From assembly GCA_016550395.1 (NCBI GenBank), contig JABXGY010000180.1, positions 1 through 32,924 of the forward strand: a stretch of DNA of 32,924 bases, in the 5' to 3' direction. The position numbers and the translations under genes are program-made. The notes under the pieces are model-generated. The model ran no database searches and was not told where the DNA came from. It was given only the letters and a program-made list of their open reading frames with translations. This stretch comes from an archaeon (GTDB lineage Archaea; Asgardarchaeota; Hermodarchaeia; Hermodarchaeales; Hermodarchaeaceae). Numbering within the stretch: the first letter of the stretch is position 1; every line of letters starts with the position of its first letter. Below are positions 8,764 to 16,449 of this stretch, piece by piece.

Positions 8764-9942
8764 ATGTCTAAAATCGTATCAGTAACAGGCAACCATTCCG
8801 CCTCTTGGGCAGCACGAACAGCGATTCCAGCGGTAATTGCAGCTTATCCGATTACACCGCAAACTACTATCGTAGAGAAAATCGCTGAATTTGTGGAAAA
8901 TGGTGACTTAAAATCTGAATATGTGCGTGTTGAATCCGAACATAGCGCTATGGCTGCTTGTATTGGAGCTTCAGCTTTAGGGCTCCGTACCTTCACAGCA
9001 ACCTCGTCCCATGGCTTGGCTTTAATGCATGAAATGCTTCACTGGGCAGGTCGTGCACGATTGCCCGTAGTAATGCCAGTAGTTAATCGATCCCTAGGAC
9101 CACCCTGGAATATCTGGGTTGATCATTCAGATTCTATGGCCCAACGTGATACAGGATGGATTCAATTCTACGCTTCCAATAACCAAGAAGTCTATGATAC
9201 CGTTCTCATGCTATTTCGTTTATGCGAAGCCCCAAAAGTTTTGCTTCCAGGAATGGTGGCTTTAGATGCGTATATCCTTAGTCACACTTTCACTTCCATT
9301 GAAGTCTACGATCATGAAGAAATTACCGATTTTCTCCCATCCTATCACGCAGGGCATTGGAAGCTCGATCCAAAAGACCCTATGGCAACAGGAAATATTG
9401 CTGGACCTGAATATTACTATGAATTAAGCTACGCTATTCATGAAGGCTTTGAAGCCGCACGAAAAATGATCCCCAGAGTTGAAGCCGATTTCAAGAAACA
9501 CTTTGGTCGATTTCATGGCGGTTTCATTGACACGTACCAATGTGACGATGCGGAAGTCATTTTCATTGCCATGGGGACCATGGGTGAAGAAGCCCAACTT
9601 GCTGTCGAAGAGCTTCGAAATGAAGGAATTCGAGCAGGATCCGCTCGACTCCGTGTGTTCCGCCCATTTCCTGCGGAACAAATTCAAGCTCTCGCAAACA
9701 AAGCTAAAGCCTTTGTTGTTGTTGACCGAAGTCTTTCTTATGGACACCTGGGTGGTGCTGTCACAGAAATCCGTTCTGCCCTCTATCGAGGCGGTCAAAC
9801 TATTCCTGTTCAAGGCGTCATTGCTGGACTCGGTGGTCGAGACGTTAGCCACACTGACATTAAGAAATTGATACACCTCGGTTTTGACGCCGCCGATAAA
9901 GGCGAAGCAAAACCCGATATTTTCTATGGACTAAAAAGGTGA
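8764..9942 (+). CDS. porA: Pyruvate/2-oxoacid:ferredoxin oxidoreductase, alpha subunit
   Basis: 392 aa. GNHSASWAARTA..VIAAYPITPQTTIVE and ESEHSAMAACIGAS are conserved blocks of OFOR alpha. Confidence 0.9.
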   Translation: MSKIVSVTGNHSASWAARTAIPAVIAAYPITPQTTIVEKIAEFVENGDLKSEYVRVESEHSAMAACIGASALGLRTFTATSSHGLALMHEMLHWAGRARLPVVMPVVNRSLGPPWNIWVDHSDSMAQRDTGWIQFYASNNQEVYDTVLMLFRLCEAPKVLLPGMVALDAYILSHTFTSIEVYDHEEITDFLPSYHAGHWKLDPKDPMATGNIAGPEYYYELSYAIHEGFEAARKMIPRVEADFKKHFGRFHGGFIDTYQCDDAEVIFIAMGTMGEEAQLAVEELRNEGIRAGSARLRVFRPFPAEQIQALANKAKAFVVVDRSLSYGHLGGAVTEIRSALYRGGQTIPVQGVIAGLGGRDVSHTDIKKLIHLGFDAADKGEAKPDIFYGLKR

Positions 9943-9948
9943 ACAAAA

Positions 9949-10857
9949 ATGGTAGCCATCAAAGAATTACCACGGGATGAATACATTGAACTTGGTCATG
10001 CTGCATGTGCAGGCTGTGGTGCAACCATTGCAATTCGCCATGCCCTAAAAGCACTCGGTGGCAACACTATTCTTACAGTTCCCGCTTGTTGCATGTCCGT
10101 CATCCAAGGACTATTCCCCAAAAATGCTCTCCATTTACCCGTCCTAAACACAGCCTTTGAAACAGCCGGAGCAGCAGCCTCTGGTATTGCTGCCGGCCTC
10201 AAGTTTATGGGCAAAGACAAAGATATCACCGTCATGGCTTGGGCTGGTGACGGGGGAACCTATGACATCGGTATCCAAGCCCTAAGCGGTGCTGCCGAAC
10301 GCCAGACTAACTTCATCTACACTTGTTACAACAATGAGAGCTATGGCAATACTGGTCAACAACGTTCTGGCGCTACTCCCTATGGTGCGTTTAGCACAAC
10401 TACACCAATTATCGGAAAACAAGAGCATCGTAAACCAATGGCGAGAATTATGGCGGAACACGGGATTCCGTATACGGCGTCAATTTCGGCGGCATATCCT
10501 CGATTGGTTTTTGAAACCTATTCCAAAGCCAAGGATATTGTTGGAACACGTTTCATTGAAGTACATGCGATGTGCCCAACGGGTTGGCGGTGTGCGACCT
10601 GGGACAGTATTAAATTTGGCAAACTAGCCGTTGAAACTGGTGTATGGATTATGTGGGAGAAGGAAGGAGATGAGTGGAGGTTTTTGGGTCGTAGTAAGCG
10701 AATTGCAGAGGGTAAGATAAAGCGGAAGCCGTTGATGGATTATTTGAAACCGCAGGGTCGGTTTCGGACGCTCATTAAAGATCCTGAACGTGTGAAGGAG
10801 TTTGTGCGTGGTATTGACCGTGAATGGGAGATTTTGAAAAATCGAGTTGGTTGTTAA
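9949..10857 (+). CDS. porB: Pyruvate/2-oxoacid:ferredoxin oxidoreductase, beta subunit (TPP-binding)
   Basis: 302 aa. GHAACAGCG, the GDGGTYDIG TPP motif, and YTCYNNESYGNTGQQRS. Confidence 0.9.
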   Translation: MVAIKELPRDEYIELGHAACAGCGATIAIRHALKALGGNTILTVPACCMSVIQGLFPKNALHLPVLNTAFETAGAAASGIAAGLKFMGKDKDITVMAWAGDGGTYDIGIQALSGAAERQTNFIYTCYNNESYGNTGQQRSGATPYGAFSTTTPIIGKQEHRKPMARIMAEHGIPYTASISAAYPRLVFETYSKAKDIVGTRFIEVHAMCPTGWRCATWDSIKFGKLAVETGVWIMWEKEGDEWRFLGRSKRIAEGKIKRKPLMDYLKPQGRFRTLIKDPERVKEFVRGIDREWEILKNRVGC

Positions 10858-10934
10858 ATTACCGTTCTTGGTTTCTTGATATAGCATCCTTTTTGAAGCC
10901 GATGGAAATAAGGGTATGAAAGGTTGGTGTTAGA

Positions 10935-11309
10935 ATGACTCTGGAGTTTGTAGAAGAGTCTGTTGAGGTTGATGATCTTCGAATTAGTATTGCTGTGAGT
11001 CGTTTGGCAAATGGGACGTTGATGTTGGTAACTGATAGAGAACACCGGTTTGGAACTATTGCGATTGGCGTTCCGACGCCATTCGGAGAGTTGTCGCCAA
11101 CGGCTACTTCTTGTATGGTAGGAACGCGATTTCAGGCCGAGGTGCGGGCGATTGCAGATGTGGCTGCTCAAAAGTTGGGTGGAATTGTTGTTGTGAATTT
11201 CTTTTTATCACAAAAAAATGCTAGTAAAGTGGCGTCTGTGCTATCGGTAGTACGACAAGCAGTGTTGAATTTAGATAGTGAAGAGACTACTGCTATGAAT
11301 TTAGAGTGA
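10935..11309 (+). CDS. Hypothetical 124-aa protein (possible PAC3/PSMG3-like fold; see findings)
   Basis: Clean ORF in the porB to HD-hydrolase gap, same strand as its neighbours. No family motif recognised with certainty. Preferred over the antisense ORF 10854..11171, which has a low-complexity, basic composition. Confidence 0.5.
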   Translation: MTLEFVEESVEVDDLRISIAVSRLANGTLMLVTDREHRFGTIAIGVPTPFGELSPTATSCMVGTRFQAEVRAIADVAAQKLGGIVVVNFFLSQKNASKVASVLSVVRQAVLNLDSEETTAMNLE

Positions 11310-11383
11310 TTTCAAAGGTAATTTGAGCAGTAAAGTTATCTGTAATTGTAGAATAGTGTTCAACGGTTAAGGAGGTTTATAAT

Positions 11384-12646
11384 TTGGTTCGTCAAAGGTG
11401 GGGGTTCATCAAAGACCCCTTGTATGGTTATGTTGCAATTACCCCACTGGAAAAAAGTATTATCGATACCAGAGTTGTACAACGGTTACGCCGTTTACGG
11501 CAATTAGCTGGGGCGGAATTTGTCTATCCTGGTGCTAATCACACACGATTTGAACACAGCATAGGAGCAATGCATCTAGCAGGATTGATGGCGGAGAATA
11601 TCACAGATGATGAAGATGAAATACAGTCGTTACGATTAGCTGGATTATTACATGATATTGGCCATGGTCCCTTTAGTCATATTTTCGAAGAAATTTTGGT
11701 AAAGCAGGGACGGAGCCATGAGGATATAACCACTTGGTTAGTCCAAACTACAGAGCTAGCGGATATTTTGAAAGACGCGGGATTCGATACTGGTGATTTA
11801 AGCCAACTTGTTGTTGGAAAATTACAAAAGAAAACTAGAATGTTTCTCAACCAAGTTATTCGCAGTTCGGTAGATGCTGATAAATTAGATTATATTGTAC
11901 GTGACTCGTTCCATACTGGAGCCGAATACGGCAATGTTGACATTTTTCGGTTAATTTTTACTATTGAGCCATTTCAAGGGAATTTAGCTGTAAATACCAC
12001 GGCAATCACAACCTTGGAATCGTTCTTGATTGCACGAGTTTTGAGTTTTCGTAGCATCTATTATCATCGTGTATGCCGAGGGGTTCAACGAATGTTGGCT
12101 GACGCTCTGAAAGTGGCAGATGAAGAGCTAGGTTTATCAGCATTCAAAAAACCTAATGATTATCTAAATATGGATGACTATTCGGTTTGGACAGGTCTCA
12201 AGAAATGCAAGGCTTCAAGTCCCATTATTGAGCGCCTTGAGCGACGGGAATTACTCAAATGCGCATATACTGTTGAATCTCTTGTCCAGGATCATCCAAC
12301 AATCGATTTGTTAGATAAAGAAAGTGTCAGAAAACAAATAGAAGAAGAGATTGCAGCTAAGGCTAAAGTTGATGTTGATAAGGTCCATTTAGATTCGCCG
12401 ATTCTTCCTTCAGTACCATATCGTCATTCTGCTCAATTGGATCCGATGGAAATTCCTGGTTTTGCATATATTGGGAAAAAGAAAGTGGCAGTTGATATAG
12501 TGGAGTTATCTCGAGTTATTTCCTCGCTAAAGGGTTATCTTGATATTATTCGTGTTTATACGACTGCGCCTTTTCGCCAACGTGTAGGGAAAGCCGCTCA
12601 AGCAGTGCTAGGTGGTACCCCCTATGTTTCTGGAATATCAATGTAA
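11384..12646 (+). CDS. HD-domain phosphohydrolase, SAMHD1/dGTPase-like (COG1078 type)
   Basis: 420 aa. TTG start 7 nt after AAGGAGGT (11370-11377). IKDPLYGYVAI...RLRRLRQLAG...TRFEHSIGAMHLAG...GLLHDIGHGPFSH...DADKLDYIVRDS are the canonical SAMHD1-type HD motifs. Confidence 0.85.
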   Translation: MVRQRWGFIKDPLYGYVAITPLEKSIIDTRVVQRLRRLRQLAGAEFVYPGANHTRFEHSIGAMHLAGLMAENITDDEDEIQSLRLAGLLHDIGHGPFSHIFEEILVKQGRSHEDITTWLVQTTELADILKDAGFDTGDLSQLVVGKLQKKTRMFLNQVIRSSVDADKLDYIVRDSFHTGAEYGNVDIFRLIFTIEPFQGNLAVNTTAITTLESFLIARVLSFRSIYYHRVCRGVQRMLADALKVADEELGLSAFKKPNDYLNMDDYSVWTGLKKCKASSPIIERLERRELLKCAYTVESLVQDHPTIDLLDKESVRKQIEEEIAAKAKVDVDKVHLDSPILPSVPYRHSAQLDPMEIPGFAYIGKKKVAVDIVELSRVISSLKGYLDIIRVYTTAPFRQRVGKAAQAVLGGTPYVSGISM

Positions 12647-12709
12647 TCATCACTGTCAAATCCAGGAGAAAAATGTAATTTACCACCGTCTACGAATTCG
12701 AGGGGTTCT

Positions 12710-13753
12710 CTAAATAAAATCCATAAGGTCTAATTGTCGACGACGTTGAGGTTCAATTTGCTTCACATTTAATTTCTCAAGAACTGCGCCAAAAGTAACG
12801 GTATCTCCACAAGTGAGAAACACTGCTCGTGGTTTAGCCGCTTGCACATATTGAACTAATTGTTGAAAATCTGCGTGTGCTGATAGGGGAAATGCTCTGT
12901 CTACTTTTTTCAATGGATATAGTTGCGCCCATCCTGTTGCTGCGGCTCGAACATATTGATGCTTGAAAGTAGATTTTGGTGAACGCAGAATCTTTGAGGA
13001 AATGTATACGTAACCACCCTGACGCATTACTTCTCGTCCTTCCTCAGAGTGTTCATTGATGAATTCGAGGGGGATATCATACTTTCGATATATCTCACTG
13101 ACCTTTGCAATTGTCGAATCTACAACCACTGGTGCAGTAAGATAGGTATTTAATATTTGAATAATCTCCTGAGCTTTCCCCCGAGCATAGACTTGAAATG
13201 CGGGAATTTTTCCTTTGGTCAATTCATAACTGGTCCAATCGGCGATTTCGGCGTATACACGTTCGCGGGGTGGGAATACCGCATCGGGTCGCCCATAAGT
13301 TGCTTCCATTAATAGAACATCACATTGTATAGGATTCGCACCATTAACAGTTAAGGAGGAAGTGAGATTAAAATCACCAGTGTAAACAAGTCTTGCCCCA
13401 TTTTTTTCGAGAACAAATTGTGCTGCACCGAGCATATGACCAGCGGGGTGAACCTGTATTGACCCCCCATCTGTTAATGGAAATTCTTTACCTAACACAA
13501 TAGGGTGAAACTTTCTGGGCTTACCTCCAAGAGCTCTGTATATATCTAAAGTTGGAGGGGTCACAATTTTCTGAAGCGAGCTTTCGAACGCTGCAACATG
13601 ATCTGTATGTGCGTGCGAAATGCATGCAATCGTATTCTGTGAACGCCAATGCTTCTTAATTACAGTTGGATCAAACAAAAATCGTTCCTTACCCGCGCTA
13701 ATCACTAGGTTTCGTGAACTAACAAGCTTGAAATCAGATGAGGACTGCCACAT
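12710..13753 (-). CDS. Short metallo-beta-lactamase / beta-CASP nuclease
   Basis: 347 aa. MBL motifs ISHAHTDHV (HxHxDH), HPAGHMLGAAQ and YTGDFN. beta-CASP motif A LLMEATYG and motif B SAHADF. No KH or other N-terminal extension. Confidence 0.75.
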   Translation of the reverse strand: MWQSSSDFKLVSSRNLVISAGKERFLFDPTVIKKHWRSQNTIACISHAHTDHVAAFESSLQKIVTPPTLDIYRALGGKPRKFHPIVLGKEFPLTDGGSIQVHPAGHMLGAAQFVLEKNGARLVYTGDFNLTSSLTVNGANPIQCDVLLMEATYGRPDAVFPPRERVYAEIADWTSYELTKGKIPAFQVYARGKAQEIIQILNTYLTAPVVVDSTIAKVSEIYRKYDIPLEFINEHSEEGREVMRQGGYVYISSKILRSPKSTFKHQYVRAAATGWAQLYPLKKVDRAFPLSAHADFQQLVQYVQAAKPRAVFLTCGDTVTFGAVLEKLNVKQIEPQRRRQLDLMDFI

Positions 13754-13848
13754 TCTTAGGTCCCATGTTATATATTAAGAGGAATTTACTATCAGCGGGA
13801 ATATGTATTTTCCTTAATTAAACCTATTAGAAACACTGCACCAAAAGG

Positions 13849-14046
13849 CTAGAGGGTTGGGAAGAAGAAGGCTAAAACTCCAAGTTGAGCTAATAGTACA
13901 ATAACCATTAGCGAAATTGAAATTATGAGAACTGTAATTGGACCCACTTTTATGCCTTCACTTGAATCAGCAAAGAACCGGATAAGTCCTGCTCCGGCCG
14001 CAGGCATTGGACCTTCAGATTGTCGTTTCTTTTTTGATTTTGGCAT
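13849..14046 (-). CDS. secG: Preprotein translocase subunit Sec61beta/SecG
   Basis: 65 aa. Basic N-terminus, AGAGLIRFF...G.KVGP, then a single C-terminal TM; this is the archaeal Sec61beta pattern. Confidence 0.8.
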   Translation of the reverse strand: MPKSKKKRQSEGPMPAAGAGLIRFFADSSEGIKVGPITVLIISISLMVIVLLAQLGVLAFFFPTL

Positions 14047-14151
14047 ACAATCACGATATTGTAATTGTGTGGGATTCTTAAATCCTATCTGTTTTTAAGG
14101 TTTCTTGAATTAACAATCATCTCTGTCTAGTTGAAAATTCATGGGTAGATT

Positions 14152-15483
14152 ATGATGATTCCAGATGACCCCCGTTCAGCTTATGATAGGATTTTCTCAC
14201 TCCTAGAAAAGCACCATTCTTGGATGCGGGATACTATCAATCTAATTGCCTCTGAGAATGTTCACTCCCCCGCAGTTCGTGAAGCAATGCAAGTGGATTT
14301 CAGTGATCGCTATGCGGAGGGTTGGCCTGGTGAACGGGTATACGCTGGGACGAAATACATTGATGAGGTTGAGATTTTAGGTAACGAACTTACAAAAGAG
14401 CTGTTCCGAGCGGATTTTGCTGACGTTCGACCAATTAGTGGAGTACTAGCAAATCTAAGTATCCTCACAGCGTTTACTGAACCAGGCGACCGAATGATGT
14501 GTTTATCAATTCCGACTGGCGGTCATATTTCATCGGCTCGTCATCGTTTATGGGGTACAGCAGGTCGTGTGCGAGGCCTAAAGGTTCAGTATTTCAAGTA
14601 TGATGAATATGAGTTGAATATTGATGTTGATGCGACGATTCGGAAAATTGAACGTTTAAAGCAAAAAGGCAAGCATATTGACCTATTTATGTTTGGGGCA
14701 TCAGTGTTTCCGTTTCCTCAACCAATAGATGAGATTTCACAGGTTGCAAAGGAAAACGGTTCTTATGTGAACTATGATGCAGCGCATGTAGCGGGATTAG
14801 TTGCTTCCGATAATTTCCAAGATCCTCTTCGAGAAGGCGCAGATAGTCTCACATTCAGCACGCACAAAACTCTTCCAGGTCCTCAAGGAGGATGTATTGT
14901 TGCACATAAGCAATTTGCTGATCGCATTAAACGGGGTGTCTTTCCAGCACTCCATAGTAATCATCATCTACACCACGTTGCCGCGAAAGCTGTTGTGATG
15001 GCTGAAATGTTAGCATTTGGAAAAGAGTATAGCCAGCAAATCATTAAGAACGCTCAAGCCCTTGGACAAGCCTTATCAGAAGAAGGATTCAAGGTTCTTG
15101 CAGAACATAAGGGATTTACAAAATCACACGTTCTATTAATTGAAGTGGCAGATACCCCGCTTCGAAATGGACGCGCTGTAGAAGAGAAATTAGAAGCCGC
15201 AAATATCATCATCAACCGGAATCTACTTCCATGGGACAAACGCTTTGGTCGCGATTATATCCGCCCAGGTGGCATACGATTGGGGACTAGCGAAGTTACT
15301 CGGCTTGGTATGAAAGAACCGGAGATGAAACAAATAGCTGAATTCATGCGTAGAATTGTGTTTAACCAAGAAGCTTCAAACAAGGTTGCTAAAGATGTGG
15401 CTCAGTTTCGTAAAGAGTTTCAAAAGGTCTTTTACGCATTTGATACGACACGCGATGCTTATGATTATATCAAAATGCGATGA
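14152..15483 (+). CDS. glyA: Serine hydroxymethyltransferase
   Basis: 443 aa. INLIASENV, YAEGWPGERVYAGT, and the TFSTHKTLPGPQGG PLP-lysine block. The start may instead be the adjacent ATG at 14155. Confidence 0.9.
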   Translation: MMIPDDPRSAYDRIFSLLEKHHSWMRDTINLIASENVHSPAVREAMQVDFSDRYAEGWPGERVYAGTKYIDEVEILGNELTKELFRADFADVRPISGVLANLSILTAFTEPGDRMMCLSIPTGGHISSARHRLWGTAGRVRGLKVQYFKYDEYELNIDVDATIRKIERLKQKGKHIDLFMFGASVFPFPQPIDEISQVAKENGSYVNYDAAHVAGLVASDNFQDPLREGADSLTFSTHKTLPGPQGGCIVAHKQFADRIKRGVFPALHSNHHLHHVAAKAVVMAEMLAFGKEYSQQIIKNAQALGQALSEEGFKVLAEHKGFTKSHVLLIEVADTPLRNGRAVEEKLEAANIIINRNLLPWDKRFGRDYIRPGGIRLGTSEVTRLGMKEPEMKQIAEFMRRIVFNQEASNKVAKDVAQFRKEFQKVFYAFDTTRDAYDYIKMR

Positions 15484-15536
15484 AAATCAGATTAGCAACC
15501 CTTTTTAACCGTCTGCGCCCAATAACTTAAGGTTTT

Positions 15537-15566
15537 CAATATCATACTGTTTTGTCAATGATATTG
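15537..15566. repeat. 9-bp perfect inverted repeat CAATATCAT-N12-ATGATATTG, 20 nt upstream of the CBS gene start
   Basis: Read directly: 15537-15545 is the reverse complement of 15558-15566. It lies in the glyA to CBS intergenic region. Confidence 0.6.
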
Positions 15567-15585
15567 CGCCTCGAGAGGCATTACT

Positions 15586-16431
15586 ATGAAAGTCAAAGAA
15601 GTGATGAAAACGGAATTTGCTCAGGCATCAGTTCCTGGTACTCGTGACACTGTACTCCAGATTATGTCAGATTATGGAAAAACAGCTATTCCTTTAGTGA
15701 AAAAGGATACTCAGGAGCTGGCGGGAATGGTATCACGTCTTGACTTGATGCGAAAAGCTGAGGAGGATCAATTAGCGCTATTAATGGATAGAAACCCACC
15801 CGTAATCTCTCAGACAAACGACGTTGAAGAGGCAGTTCGAATTCTTTTGGATAAGGGAATCCGACGACTAGCAGTAGTTGATTCAAAACGTCGCCTGAAG
15901 GGTATGATTACTGTCCATCAGATAATCCGAAAGATCATAAGCCTACAATATGCTGATGAGCTAATCACACCTTTTGTTGAGCGACAAGTAACGGCGGTTT
16001 GGGAGAATACACCTCTGAAAGCCGCGTATACAATTATGCGATTGGCTGCTACTGATGTTTTGCCTGTTATCTCAGATAAGGGGGACCTTGTGGGAATCAT
16101 CTCAGTGAGTGATATCATAAACTTAAGTGAGATTGTCCGTGAAAGCAGATCGACATCGTCCGCAGCAAGCGAAGGAACGGATTGGTCTTGGGACGCTACA
16201 ACTGTGCTCTATATTTCTACAAATGAATTACAGCTTCCAGATAAACCTGTATCAGAAGTGATGATAAGCGGAATCATTACCACTTACGAGCAGGCTACTA
16301 TTGGTGATGTAACTAAAATCATGCGTCGACATGATATTGATCAGCTCCCAGTCACCACTGCACAAGGTGAGCTAGTTGGTATCATTCGAGACAAAAATTT
16401 AATGAAAATTCTTTTACAAAAATCACCATAG
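15586..16431 (+). CDS. CBS-domain protein (four CBS repeats, two Bateman modules)
   Basis: 281 aa. Four repeats of the pattern h-x-x-h-M...P-V-V-D...G-x-h-G-h-h-S/T-x-x-D-h (for example LAVVDSKRRLKGMITVHQI, LPVISDKGDLVGIISVSDI, LPVTTAQGELVGIIRDKNL). Confidence 0.8.
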   Translation: MKVKEVMKTEFAQASVPGTRDTVLQIMSDYGKTAIPLVKKDTQELAGMVSRLDLMRKAEEDQLALLMDRNPPVISQTNDVEEAVRILLDKGIRRLAVVDSKRRLKGMITVHQIIRKIISLQYADELITPFVERQVTAVWENTPLKAAYTIMRLAATDVLPVISDKGDLVGIISVSDIINLSEIVRESRSTSSAASEGTDWSWDATTVLYISTNELQLPDKPVSEVMISGIITTYEQATIGDVTKIMRRHDIDQLPVTTAQGELVGIIRDKNLMKILLQKSP

Positions 16432-16449
16432 CGTGTAATCTGAGTAACG

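Noticed and set aside
10624-11171. Minus-strand ORFs 10624..10887 and 10854..11171
   Set aside because: They overlap the porB 3' end and the plus-strand 124-aa ORF. Their products are highly basic, low-complexity (His/Asn/Ser/Arg) shadow translations. The co-directional plus-strand ORF fits the operon context better.
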